In this document: one piece after another, positions 1 through 8,997 of the stretch
Layout of the letters: every line of letters starts with the position of its first letter
Position numbering within the stretch: the first letter of the stretch is position 1
DNA from: an uncultured Gemmatimonadota bacterium
GTDB lineage: Bacteria; Gemmatimonadota; Gemmatimonadetes; Gemmatimonadales; Gemmatimonadaceae
Direction: 5' to 3'
DNA length: 63,556 bases
NCBI GenBank assembly: GCA_903900795.1
Contig: CAIUOO010000425.1
Span: forward strand, 1-63,556
Position numbers and translations under genes: made by a program
Notes under the pieces: generated by a model
The model's input: only the letters and a program-made list of their open reading frames with translations
Database searches by the model: none
What the model was told of the DNA's origin: nothing

Positions 1-185
1 AACTCGTCTTCTTCGTAGAGTTCCGGGCGACGGTTGGCGAGGGGGCGGAGCTGGCTCTTCTGCAGGTCGCGCTTTTCGCGCGGCGTGAGCTTATTGTGCG
101 CCGGCTCCGCGTCGAGTTCATCCATGTCCGCGTTGAGGGCGGCATTCAGCTCGGCGGCGAGCTCAGGGCTCAGTTCAGTGCTCAT
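1..185 (-). CDS. rpsA: 30S ribosomal protein S1, N-terminal fragment (runs off window)
   Basis: Open frame from ATG at 185 (MSTELSPELAAELNAALNADMDELDAEP...RPELYEEDE) with GGAGAG SD-like sequence; directly downstream of cmk, the conserved cmk-rpsA order. No S1 domain is visible inside the window, so the identity rests on synteny. Confidence 0.65.
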   Translation of the reverse strand, partial: MSTELSPELAAELNAALNADMDELDAEPAHNKLTPREKRDLQKSQLRPLANRRPELYEEDE

Positions 186-266
186 ACGTGTGGGTCTCTC
201 CGAATCGCGGAACTGCACTCGCCGCGCCGAGATGAGGGTGGAACAGATAAACAGCGGGAACCCAGA

Positions 267-295
267 AACGTAGAGACAGCACGCCTCTGCGGCAA
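267..295 (-). promoter_or_regulatory. sigma70-like promoter for putative rpsA
   Basis: TTGCCG-N17-TACGTT in the cmk-rpsA intergenic region. Confidence 0.55.
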
Positions 296-331
296 TGGGT
301 CCACCGATCCCCTCCATCCCCTCGCCCGCCC

Positions 332-2350
332 TCAGTGTCCGCGCAGACGATCCCGGGTGGCCTCGGCCAGGGCCACGATCCGCTCAACCTGCTCTTCCTG
401 CGTCACGGTGGTCGTGTCGATCGTGATCGCATCCCGCGCCGGGGCGCTCTGGGCGGCGTCGAGCGCGTCCCGGGCTACGAGCGCCTCGGTCTCCTCCGCG
501 ATCTCCGCATCTGTCGGCCGGCGGCCGAGTCGCTGGATCAAGCGGCGACGCGCGCGCTCCCCCGGATCGGCGACCATGTACACCTTCAGCGCGGCCGTCG
601 GAAACACGGCCGTCCCGATATCCCGGCCGTCTACGACCACATCGGTGGCAGCGCCAGCGGCCCGGACCTGATCGTTCACCCAGTGTCGAACGGCCGCCAT
701 TTGTGCCACTCGCGACACCTGCCGGGTGACCGGCGCGTCGCGCATGGCCTCGTCCTGCACGGTGCCATCCACCAAGGGCAGCACCGACCGATCGGTCAGA
801 CGCCAGGTGATCCGGTGCGCCTGCTCCAGCACCGCCTGCGGCGTCCACTGCTCGGGGGCGACGCCAGTGCCGAGGGTCAAGAGCGTGATGGCGCGGTAGA
901 AGGCGCCGGAATCGACGTGATGAACGTTCAAGCGCCGCGCGACCCACTGAGCCGTCGAACTCTTGCCGCTCGCCGCGGGGCCATCGATAGCGATGACCAA
1001 CGGTGTCGTGCCAGGCGCGACAACCGGCGCGACGACGGTGCTCTGCGTGTCCGGGCCGATGGTCTGCGCGAGATCACGCCAGAAGGTCGGATACGAGACC
1101 GACACACATCCGGGATCGTCGATCGCAATGCGATTGCTCGGGACCGCGCCGAGAATGCCGAATGCCATTGCCAGCCGGTGATCGCCGTGAGTGACGACGT
1201 GTCCGGCCAACGGCGCCTGCGAACCGATAATGCGCATGCCGTCGGGAAGCTCCTCGGCGTCCACGCCGAGGAGCCGCAGGTTGTCCACCACGGCACGGAT
1301 GCGATCACTCTCCTTCACGCGCAGCTCACCAGCGTCGGTGATGCGCGTTTCGCCGACGGCGCGCGCCGCCACGCAGGCGATCATCGGCAATTCGTCGATA
1401 CAGCGCGGAATCTCCGCACCGCCGATCGACGTGGCCTGCAGCGACGCGGGGTACACGACCAACGTGCCGATGGCTTCGCCGCCAACCGTGCGCTCACTCT
1501 CGACGTCGATACGCACCCCCATGCGCCGCAGTACATCGAAAGCGCCGGTGCGCGTGGGATTGAGGCAGACGTTCTCGAGGCGCAGTACGCCCGCGTCGGC
1601 GAACGCGGCGAGGGCGGCGAAAAACGTCGCCGACGACGGATCGGAGGGGACGACGACATCCGCGGCGTGCACCGTCTGCGCCGGCGGGAGCACGACACCC
1701 TCATTCGTTACCGTGAGGTTCACCCCACGTGCCAACAGCATGCGCTCAGTGTGGTCGCGAGAGCGCTGCGGCTCCTGCACCGTGACACCAGAGCCTGAAG
1801 CAAGGCCGGCAAGCATCACCGCCCCCTTCACCTGCGCGCTGGCGTGCGTATTCACGACGGTGATCGCCGAGAGCGGCATCCCGTACACACGCATCGGCAA
1901 CCCGTCATGCCCGTCGGGACCCTCGAATGCAATACGGGCGCCCATATGCGTCAGCGGTGCGGCGATGCGGCGCATCGGCCGCCGACTGAGGCTGGCGTCA
2001 CCCTCGAATCGCGCCACACGCCCGGCGAGTCCGGCCACGAGTCCGGCGAGCAATCGCGTGGTTGTCCCGCTGTTGCCGCAGTCGAGCGCCAACGCCGGCG
2101 AATGTAATGACGCGATGCCGCGCCCGTTCACGACGAAGTCGTCGCTCAACACCGGAATCTCGGCGCCCATGGCCCGCAGCGCGCCCGCCGTGGCATGCAC
2201 GTCGGCGGACACGAGGATATCGCGGATACGGGTTGGGCCAGTCGCCATGGCGGCAAAGATCAGCGCCCGATGGCTGATCGACTTGTCACCGGGTGCGCGG
2301 ATGGCGCCGCGCACCACCAATGGCGAGCGGGAGATACTCACCGCAACCAT
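332..2350 (-). CDS. aroA-cmk: bifunctional EPSP synthase / cytidylate kinase (AroA-Cmk fusion)
   Basis: AroA motifs PGDKSISHRAL, DCGNSGTTTRL, SAQVK, RVKESDR, GDHRLAM, then Cmk motifs IAIDGPAASGKSS, DSGAFYR, VDGRDIGTAVFP in one frame. Confidence 0.95.
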   Translation of the reverse strand: MVAVSISRSPLVVRGAIRAPGDKSISHRALIFAAMATGPTRIRDILVSADVHATAGALRAMGAEIPVLSDDFVVNGRGIASLHSPALALDCGNSGTTTRLLAGLVAGLAGRVARFEGDASLSRRPMRRIAAPLTHMGARIAFEGPDGHDGLPMRVYGMPLSAITVVNTHASAQVKGAVMLAGLASGSGVTVQEPQRSRDHTERMLLARGVNLTVTNEGVVLPPAQTVHAADVVVPSDPSSATFFAALAAFADAGVLRLENVCLNPTRTGAFDVLRRMGVRIDVESERTVGGEAIGTLVVYPASLQATSIGGAEIPRCIDELPMIACVAARAVGETRITDAGELRVKESDRIRAVVDNLRLLGVDAEELPDGMRIIGSQAPLAGHVVTHGDHRLAMAFGILGAVPSNRIAIDDPGCVSVSYPTFWRDLAQTIGPDTQSTVVAPVVAPGTTPLVIAIDGPAASGKSSTAQWVARRLNVHHVDSGAFYRAITLLTLGTGVAPEQWTPQAVLEQAHRITWRLTDRSVLPLVDGTVQDEAMRDAPVTRQVSRVAQMAAVRHWVNDQVRAAGAATDVVVDGRDIGTAVFPTAALKVYMVADPGERARRRLIQRLGRRPTDAEIAEETEALVARDALDAAQSAPARDAITIDTTTVTQEEQVERIVALAEATRDRLRGH

Positions 2351-3189
2351 GCCTCGAGCGCCGTCGCGGCATCGGTCTTGTCGTCGCGGTACTTCACGAT
2401 GATCGGCGTCTGCAGGGAAATGCCCTGCGCCTCACCGAACGCGGAGGTGACGCGCCGGGCCCCCGGCACGACCACGGCACCTTCGGGGATGATCAGCGGT
2501 GCGTCGGCGGTGGCGCGATGCACCGTTTCCTTGACCAAGTCGTACACCGGCGTGCCGCGCGTCAGAATCACGCCGGCGCCCAGCACCGCCTTCGCGCGTA
2601 CCACCGTGCCCTCGTACACGCCGCAGTTTCCGCCGACAATCACGTCATCCTCGATGATGACGGGTGAGGCATTGATGGGTTCGAGGACGCCACCGATCTG
2701 CGCGGCGGCGCTCAGATGCACCCGCTCACCGATCTGCGCGCACGATCCGACGAGCGCATGCGAGTCGACCATCGTGCCGCGACCGACATACGCACCCACG
2801 TTGATATACATGGGCGGCATGCACACCACGTTCGGCGCGAGATACGCGCCACGCCGCACGGTGGAGCCGCCCGGCACGATGCGCACCTGATTTTCCACCC
2901 GGAATTCGCGCGTGGGGAACGTGTGCTTGTCGAGAAAATGAAACGGTGCCTGCCCAGGCATTTCCACCACGCGCCCGATGCGAAAACCCAGCAGGATCGC
3001 GCGCTTCACCCACGGCACCGCGCGCCATGTGCCATCAACGTCCCGATGCGCGGCGCGAATTTCGCCACGCTCAAGCAGTGCGAGCGCGTGATCAAACAGA
3101 TTCTGTGCATCAGACGGCAGTGCCGCACCGCCATCGAGCAGGAGCGGATCGTTGCAGCGCGCTTCGAGGTTAGTCAGCGAGAAAGCCAT
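2338..3189 (-). CDS. dapD: tetrahydrodipicolinate N-succinyltransferase
   Basis: WVKRAILLGF, RIVPGG, NVGAYVG-GTMVD, GSCAQIG, IGGVLEP, hexapeptide repeats. Confidence 0.95.
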   Translation of the reverse strand: MAFSLTNLEARCNDPLLLDGGAALPSDAQNLFDHALALLERGEIRAAHRDVDGTWRAVPWVKRAILLGFRIGRVVEMPGQAPFHFLDKHTFPTREFRVENQVRIVPGGSTVRRGAYLAPNVVCMPPMYINVGAYVGRGTMVDSHALVGSCAQIGERVHLSAAAQIGGVLEPINASPVIIEDDVIVGGNCGVYEGTVVRAKAVLGAGVILTRGTPVYDLVKETVHRATADAPLIIPEGAVVVPGARRVTSAFGEAQGISLQTPIIVKYRDDKTDAATALEAWLR

Positions 3190-3231
3190 GAGAGCAGCAT
3201 CGTATGGAAGAAGAATTGAACAGACGTGACG

Positions 3232-4125
3232 TTACGACGCGAGCGCGCCAGCGTGAACGAGCGCCGCGCGCACCAGCGGATGGTGCGCGTCGAGCAGGGA
3301 GACCAACGGGAGACGCAGCTGATCGCGCATGCGCCCCAGCATCGCGAGCATCGCCTTGATCGGGATGGGATTCGATTCGATGAAGGCGGCAAGAGCGACC
3401 GGCGCCAAACGTGCGTCAAGACGCCGTGCCTCGGCAAGGTCGCCACGCGCCATCGCGTCGCAGAGCGCCGACATGAGGGCCGGCACCACGTTCGAGAGTA
3501 CCGAGATGATCCCATCCCCGCCATGGGCCATGACGCTGAGCGTGAGCCCATCGTCGCCCGAGAGCACGGCGAAGTGCTCTGGGCGCTCGCGAATGATCTG
3601 TGTGATCTGCGCGAGATTGCCCGAAGCTTCCTTCACCGCCACGAATCGCGCATCGGCCGCCAGCTCGAGGCAACTGCGCGCGTCAAGATTGATCGCCGTG
3701 CGACCGGGTACGTTGTAGATCACGATGGGGAGGTCGCACGCATCGGCGATGGCGCGGAAGTGCGCGATCATCGCGCGCTGCGGCGGCTTGTTGTACATCG
3801 GCGTGACATGCAGCAGGTGCGTGGCGCCGATCACCTTCATTTCGCGCGAGGTCGAGATCGCGCGCTGCGTATCGTTCGATCCAGCGCCGGCGATCACGGG
3901 CACCCGGCCGTTGACCTGCTCGACGGTGATCTCGACCACGCGACGATGCTCCGCTGGCGCCAGTGTGACCGCTTCACCGGTCGATCCGCATGGGATGACC
4001 ATGTGCACCCCTTCGCTGACCTGCCACTCCACGAACGCGCGGAGGGCAATCTCATCGAGGGAACCATCTGCCATGAACGGCGTGACGAGTGCGGTCCCGC
4101 ACCCGAAGAGTCGCTGCGCCATCAT
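3232..4125 (-). CDS. dapA: 4-hydroxy-tetrahydrodipicolinate synthase
   Basis: ALVTPF, GSTGE, YNVPGRT, KEASG, SGDD, NPIPIK motifs. Confidence 0.95.
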   Translation of the reverse strand: MMAQRLFGCGTALVTPFMADGSLDEIALRAFVEWQVSEGVHMVIPCGSTGEAVTLAPAEHRRVVEITVEQVNGRVPVIAGAGSNDTQRAISTSREMKVIGATHLLHVTPMYNKPPQRAMIAHFRAIADACDLPIVIYNVPGRTAINLDARSCLELAADARFVAVKEASGNLAQITQIIRERPEHFAVLSGDDGLTLSVMAHGGDGIISVLSNVVPALMSALCDAMARGDLAEARRLDARLAPVALAAFIESNPIPIKAMLAMLGRMRDQLRLPLVSLLDAHHPLVRAALVHAGALAS

Positions 4126-4142
4126 CGTTCCGCGCTGAAGGG

Positions 4143-4874
4143 TCAGGAAGTCGCCTGGCTGGATGCCAGCACGTCCCGCATGGTGTACACGCCAGGGACA
4201 CGCGCAGCTGCCAGCCAGCGGGCCGCGGTCAGTGCGCCGTCGGCAAAGACCCGTCGATCACGCGCTTCATGCACGAGTCGGATCTGTTCGAAGGGCGCGT
4301 CGAAAACGATCTCGTGCGTACCCGGTACCGAACCCGTACGCACGCTCGTGATCGGCACCGCGCGTCCGAGTCCTTCGCGCAACCGATCGGCGATCGCAAT
4401 CGCAGTGCCCGAGGGCGCGTCGAGCTTGGCGATATGGTGCGTTTCGACTACGTGCGCGTCGAAGCCGGAGACATGGCGCGCACGCGCGGCCGCCTCTTCC
4501 GCCATGGCCAGAAAGAGCTGCACGCCGATACTGAAGTTGGGTGACCAGAGCGCGGAGCACTGCGCCGCCTGCGCGGCCGCCTCAATCGCGGGGAGCTGCA
4601 CGGACCAGCCGGTGGTCCCGATTACAACGGGGCAACCCACCTGCAAAACGGCGATCGCGTTGGCGACCGCTGATTCCGGCGTGGTGAAATCGATCGCCAC
4701 TTGCGCACCGTGCAGATCGGCGACCGAGATCCCGTTAGACATCTCGGCCGCGTCGAGTCGTGCCACCACATCGCACGCACGCTCGGGCGCCAGCGCGTCG
4801 AGCGCGCGCCCCATGCGTCCCATCCCGATCAGCGCGACCCGCACGGGTGCACCGCCTCCTGCCTCGCCGCTCAC
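4143..4874 (-). CDS. dapB: 4-hydroxy-tetrahydrodipicolinate reductase
   Basis: GMGRMG, IDFTTP, GTTG, NFSIG, ETHHIAKLDAPSGTA. Confidence 0.95.
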   Translation of the reverse strand: MSGEAGGGAPVRVALIGMGRMGRALDALAPERACDVVARLDAAEMSNGISVADLHGAQVAIDFTTPESAVANAIAVLQVGCPVVIGTTGWSVQLPAIEAAAQAAQCSALWSPNFSIGVQLFLAMAEEAAARARHVSGFDAHVVETHHIAKLDAPSGTAIAIADRLREGLGRAVPITSVRTGSVPGTHEIVFDAPFEQIRLVHEARDRRVFADGALTAARWLAAARVPGVYTMRDVLASSQATS

Positions 4875-6229
4875 GAGGCCTGCTCGAAGAAGGCGGCGTG
4901 CAACCGCTGCATCGCCGGCACGACCTGCTCGTCGTCGATGACGAGCGTAAAGTTGATGCCGGTGGCGCTGAGTGATGCCATGTACACCGGAATCGGGCCG
5001 AGCGCGATCAGCGCGTCGGCAATCGCGCGACTGCCATCGGCAATGCCCGCCCCCACGATGGCGACGATGCCGCTCCGTCGCTCCACAGCCACGTCACCAA
5101 ATGCGGCAAGATCCTGCAGAATTGCGCCAAGGTTCGTGGCGTCGTCGAGCGTCACGGAGACCGACACTTCAGACGTCGTCACGACGTCCACCGACGTGCG
5201 GTGCGTCTCGAATACTTCGAACACGCGGCGCAGAAAGCCTGGGGCCAACAGCATGCGGGACGAACGCAGCTTGACCAGCGTCGTGCTGCGCTTGCCGGCA
5301 ATCGCCCGAACGGCAAGACGTGGCGCGTCAAACGCGATCATCGTCCCCTTCCCGTCCGGCTTGCGCGAGTTGAAGACGAAGACGGGAATGCCGCGCTGCA
5401 CGGCCGGCGCAATCGTCGCGGGATGCAGCACCTTGGCGCCGAATGCCGCCAGTTCCGCCGCTTCATCGAAGCTGATGCGTTCGATGAGCCGCGCACCGGG
5501 AATCACGCGGGGATCGGCCGTGAGCATGCCGTCCACGTCGGTCCAGATTTCGATGGCGGTCGCCTCGATGGCCGCGCCGATCAGCGAGGCCGAATAGTCG
5601 GATCCGCCGCGACCCAGCGTGGTGGTGACGCGCCCAGGCGCCGCGCCGACAAAGCCCCCCATCACCGGGATCTTTCCCTGCTGCAGCAGCGGCAGCAGGA
5701 GTTGCTGCGAGGCGAGCGCAATCGCCTCGACGTCCGGCTCGGCGCGCGTGAAGAAGTCATTCGTCTTCATCACATCGCGCGCATCGACCCAGACCGCCGG
5801 ATAGCCGCGATGACGGAACGCCGCCGCAACGATTTGGGATGACAGCAGCTCTCCAAGCGCCGCGACGGTATCGAGGGATCGTGGCGTGAGGTACCCGAGC
5901 GTCCGGAACGCTTCGGCGAGATGCGCCAACTCCTCGAAACTGGCACCAATCTCGAGCGCGAGATCGGCCGCCTCCGTCGATCCGTCGAGCAGAGCACGCA
6001 CCTCCCGCAGGTGACGATCACGCAACTGCTCGACCAACTGCAACGCCGAAAGCAGCTCGCCGCCCGCGGCCTTGTGTGCGAGATCCAGCAAGACGTTCGT
6101 GGTGCCACCGAGCGCTGAGACGACCACCACCACCGGCCCACTCGCCTGCTTGCCGGCGATCACGTCTACGACGTTCGCAATGGCGGCCGCGTCGGCCACC
6201 GAGGTACCGCCAAACTTGGCAACGATCAC
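4871..6229 (-). CDS. lysC: aspartate kinase (lysine-sensitive type)
   Basis: KFGGTSV, TLGRGGSDYSA, WTDVDG, GAKVLHP, C-terminal ACT domains. Confidence 0.95.
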   Translation of the reverse strand: MIVAKFGGTSVADAAAIANVVDVIAGKQASGPVVVVVSALGGTTNVLLDLAHKAAGGELLSALQLVEQLRDRHLREVRALLDGSTEAADLALEIGASFEELAHLAEAFRTLGYLTPRSLDTVAALGELLSSQIVAAAFRHRGYPAVWVDARDVMKTNDFFTRAEPDVEAIALASQQLLLPLLQQGKIPVMGGFVGAAPGRVTTTLGRGGSDYSASLIGAAIEATAIEIWTDVDGMLTADPRVIPGARLIERISFDEAAELAAFGAKVLHPATIAPAVQRGIPVFVFNSRKPDGKGTMIAFDAPRLAVRAIAGKRSTTLVKLRSSRMLLAPGFLRRVFEVFETHRTSVDVVTTSEVSVSVTLDDATNLGAILQDLAAFGDVAVERRSGIVAIVGAGIADGSRAIADALIALGPIPVYMASLSATGINFTLVIDDEQVVPAMQRLHAAFFEQAS

Positions 6230-7302
6230 GACGCGACCAGTCCGTCGAGCTGACCGGTGGCCACCAGCAGTTCGGCATTGAGGATCGATCCCCCGGCGGC
6301 CCCGCGCACAACGTTGTGCGCCATGGCGACGAGACGCAGGTCGAACAGGTTGTCCGCGCGTACGCGACCGATGGTCACCGCCATACCGTGGCCGGCATTC
6401 ACATCACGACGCGCCTGCGGCCGATCCTGCTCGTCACGCACGATGAGCGCCGGCACCGGTGCCGAGGGCAAGCCGTGCACGGCCGCGAATCCCTTCCAGG
6501 CGCGCAATGTCATGAGTGCCTGCTCCGGCGTCGGCGCGCGTTCGAACGCGACGGACATGCAGACGGTATGGCCATGCTCGACCGCGACGCGATTGGCATG
6601 CGCACTCGTGACGATGGGCGCGGGCATGATCGTCTCGCCGTTGTACGTGCCGAGCAGTTTGACGAGCTCCGTCTCGATCTTCGGCTCTTCATCACCGATG
6701 TACGGAATGACATTTCCGAGAATATCGAGCGATGGGACCCCCGGATATCCGGCACCCGACACGGCCTGCATCGTGGTGATGAAGACCTTGGTGACACCGT
6801 ACGCTTCGTGCAACGGGGCCAGCGCCATGGCGGCGACCGTCACCGCGCAGTTCGCGTTCGTGACGATGCCGCCGGGCCATCCGCGGTTCGCCCGCTGTTG
6901 CGTGAGCAGGTCGAGGTGGTCCCCGTTCACCTCGGGAATCACGAGCGGCACATCGGATTCCATCCGGTAGTTTTTCGCATTGCTGAGCACGAGCCGTCCG
7001 GCGGCCGCGAACGCCGCCTCCACCTCGCCGGCGACCGATGAGTCGAGGGCGGAAAAGACGATCGGTGCCGTCACCTGCGCTGGCGTACACGCTTTCACCT
7101 CGAGCGCCGCGACGGCCGACGGCATCGTGCCTTCCAGCCAACGGGTTGCGGTCGCGTACGATTTGCCGGCGCTGCGCTCAGAGGCGGCAACCTCGACGAG
7201 ATCAAACCAAGGGTGGTTGGCGAGCAGGCGAATGAAGGCCTGTCCGACGGCACCGGTCGCGCCAAGAACGGCGACCGGCCAGCGTTTCACGGGCGTAGTC
7301 AT
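6226..7302 (-). CDS. asd: aspartate-semialdehyde dehydrogenase
   Basis: GATGAVGQ, PLVIPEVN, NANC catalytic Cys, QAVSGAG, HNVVRGAAG. Confidence 0.95.
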   Translation of the reverse strand: MTTPVKRWPVAVLGATGAVGQAFIRLLANHPWFDLVEVAASERSAGKSYATATRWLEGTMPSAVAALEVKACTPAQVTAPIVFSALDSSVAGEVEAAFAAAGRLVLSNAKNYRMESDVPLVIPEVNGDHLDLLTQQRANRGWPGGIVTNANCAVTVAAMALAPLHEAYGVTKVFITTMQAVSGAGYPGVPSLDILGNVIPYIGDEEPKIETELVKLLGTYNGETIMPAPIVTSAHANRVAVEHGHTVCMSVAFERAPTPEQALMTLRAWKGFAAVHGLPSAPVPALIVRDEQDRPQARRDVNAGHGMAVTIGRVRADNLFDLRLVAMAHNVVRGAAGGSILNAELLVATGQLDGLVAS

Positions 7303-8291
7303 GCAAGCAGGGTGCGGACGATACGTTCGTAAGCGCCAACCGACGCTTCGAGTTCCACCACATCGATGTATTCGAGGGGCGTATGGGCCACGTGAATCGA
7401 GCCGGGCCCAAAGAGCAACGGCGTCCCCCAGCGATGGAGCAGTGGGATGTCACTCGTGTACGCAACGGGCACCACCTCGAAGCCGTTGAGCACGTGGAAA
7501 TACTGGGCGGGGATGTGCGCCCCCCAGAGTAACTCGGCGCGATTGCCGGCCCAGTCGCTGAAGGCCTGCTTCACCGGCGCAATGTCGCCGACCAGGCGGA
7601 TCATGATCTCGGCTTCGGCGAGCCCCGGGACGATGTTGGCCTCGGTGCCGGCACGTAGCACCCCGATGTTGTACGTGGTCTCGCCGAGCACGGGATCAAC
7701 CGGCAGGACGAGATCGCGTAACTCAGGGAGCATGTCGAGCAATGGTTCGAGCGCGCTGCTACCCAGATGGGCATACGCCGAATGCGCCTCGCGCCCGAGT
7801 ACGCGCACGATCACCCGCTGGGCACCTTTGCACCCCGACGCCAGCTTGCTCTCGGTCGGCTCACCGTTCACCAGGAATTTGCTGGTGGCGGGAAGGCGAT
7901 TCGCGGCAAGCGCACCAGGCGAGCCCTTCTCCTCACCCACCACAAAGAGCAGGTCGACGCGTTCCTCCCCGGCGTCGGCCAGTCGCTGGGCGGCGATCAT
8001 CATCGCCGCAGCGATGCCCTTCGCATCGGACGATCCGCGACCATAAAGCCGGTTGCCCTCGAGACGAGGCGGCACGTAGGGCGGAACGGTGTCGAGGTGC
8101 GTCGACAGTGTCACACCGCCACCACGGCGGGTCGCCCAGACATTCGAGCGCCCCGGCTCGACTTCCTGGAGTGACACGTTCCAGCCGCGCGCGACCAGCC
8201 AGCGTGCGGCGAGATCCACCGCGTCGCGTTCGCGGCCGGTGGTGGATTCGACCGAGAGTAATTCGGTGGCGAGCGTGACGACGTCGGACAT
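7299..8291 (-). CDS. M20 family metallo-hydrolase (ArgE/DapE-like)
   Basis: STHLDTVP, GRGSSDAKG, GEE, GEPT, AHSA, GPGSIHVAHT; start placed at MSDVVTL (8291) rather than the ORF-track start. Confidence 0.85.
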   Translation of the reverse strand: MSDVVTLATELLSVESTTGRERDAVDLAARWLVARGWNVSLQEVEPGRSNVWATRRGGGVTLSTHLDTVPPYVPPRLEGNRLYGRGSSDAKGIAAAMMIAAQRLADAGEERVDLLFVVGEEKGSPGALAANRLPATSKFLVNGEPTESKLASGCKGAQRVIVRVLGREAHSAYAHLGSSALEPLLDMLPELRDLVLPVDPVLGETTYNIGVLRAGTEANIVPGLAEAEIMIRLVGDIAPVKQAFSDWAGNRAELLWGAHIPAQYFHVLNGFEVVPVAYTSDIPLLHRWGTPLLFGPGSIHVAHTPLEYIDVVELEASVGAYERIVRTLLA

Positions 8292-8323
8292 GTCAGAAAC
8301 ATACAATCGCCGCCGCTCGCCTC

Positions 8324-8545
8324 CTACGGCATGAACTCCGCGATCGTCTTCGAGAGCGCCAGGTCGTCGAGCGTATCGTCCCATCCCGGCGCCACCAGCG
8401 CAATCACCCGCTCGGCCCCAGAGTTGCACTCGATCGCCACGGTGTCGGCGGGGAGAACGGCGGCCGCCTCACGCTGCTCCACCGGCACTTCCGGCAATTC
8501 AAGGCAAATCCATGTGGTACCGCGTGGATCACGCACTGTTCGCAT
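8324..8545 (-). CDS. small hypothetical protein (73 aa)
   Basis: ATG at 8545 with GGAG SD; MRTVRDPRGTTWICLE...; the longer ORF-track extension runs through tRNA-Leu and is not real. Confidence 0.6.
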   Translation of the reverse strand: MRTVRDPRGTTWICLELPEVPVEQREAAAVLPADTVAIECNSGAERVIALVAPGWDDTLDDLALSKTIAEFMP

Positions 8546-8631
8546 CGGGGCTCCAGGCCACTGGGAGAACTCGGTCTTCACGAAAATCTCACGCGAGCAA
8601 CGACGCATGCTGCGGGTGAGCGACGACGACG

Positions 8632-8715
8632 TACCCGGAGCGGGACTCGAACCCGCACGCCCTTTCGAGCAGGAGATTTTAAGTCTCACGCGTCTACCGG
8701 TTTCGCCATCCGGGT
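8632..8715 (-). tRNA. tRNA-Leu(TAA)
   Basis: Acceptor ACCCGGA/TCCGGGT, anticodon loop CT-TAA-AA, long variable arm, GGTTCGAGTCC T-arm; CCA not encoded. Confidence 0.95.
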
Positions 8716-8808
8716 GTCGCACCGTCGTCGGCCCACCATCACGCTACTCGCGTTGAACAACCGCCGCGCGCGGTTGCCCTGCGGAGCTTAGCGCGCTCCG
8801 CCATCCAA

Positions 8809-8843
8809 CGCAAAACGGGAGCGCCAAAGCGCTCCCGTTTGCG
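8809..8843 (-). terminator. hairpin/intrinsic terminator after tRNA-Gly
   Basis: AAACGGGAGCGC-4 nt loop-GCGCTCCCGTTT followed by a short U tract on the minus strand. Confidence 0.6.
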
Positions 8844-8872
8844 AACCATCACGCTGCCGCACCCACGATCAG

Positions 8873-8945
8873 AGCGGGAAACGGGACTCGAACCCGCGAC
8901 CCCAACCTTGGCAAGGTTGTGCTCTACCAACTGAGCTATTCCCGC
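8873..8945 (-). tRNA. tRNA-Gly(GCC)
   Basis: GCGGGAATAGCTCAGTTGGTAGAGC...CTTGCCAAG...GGTTCGAGTCCCGTTTCCCGCT; CCA not encoded. Confidence 0.97.
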
Positions 8946-8954
8946 ACACGGTGG

Positions 8955-8983
8955 ATTTTAGCAGGGTGGCCGGACCCGGACAA
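8955..8983 (-). promoter_or_regulatory. sigma70-like promoter of tRNA-Gly
   Basis: TTGTCC-N17-TAAAAT ending 9 nt before the tRNA. Confidence 0.65.
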
Positions 8984-8997
8984 GCGGCGCAAGTCAA

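Noticed and set aside
335-4941. Long plus-strand ORFs (e.g. 335-1798, 3226-4941; also 52013-53470, 59042-60523)
   Set aside because: Antisense shadows of well-identified minus-strand genes; Arg/Ala/Ser-rich with no motifs, as expected from high GC3 bias
8632-8715. bldA-like regulatory role for tRNA-Leu(UAA)
   Set aside because: TTA codons occur in housekeeping genes in this window (e.g. nadK CTT ACG TTA CTG, ispA GCG TTA GAG), so the tRNA is needed for normal growth
8546-8930. ORF-track ORFs 8739-8930 and the 8546-8722 extension
   Set aside because: They are translations through tRNA-Gly and tRNA-Leu
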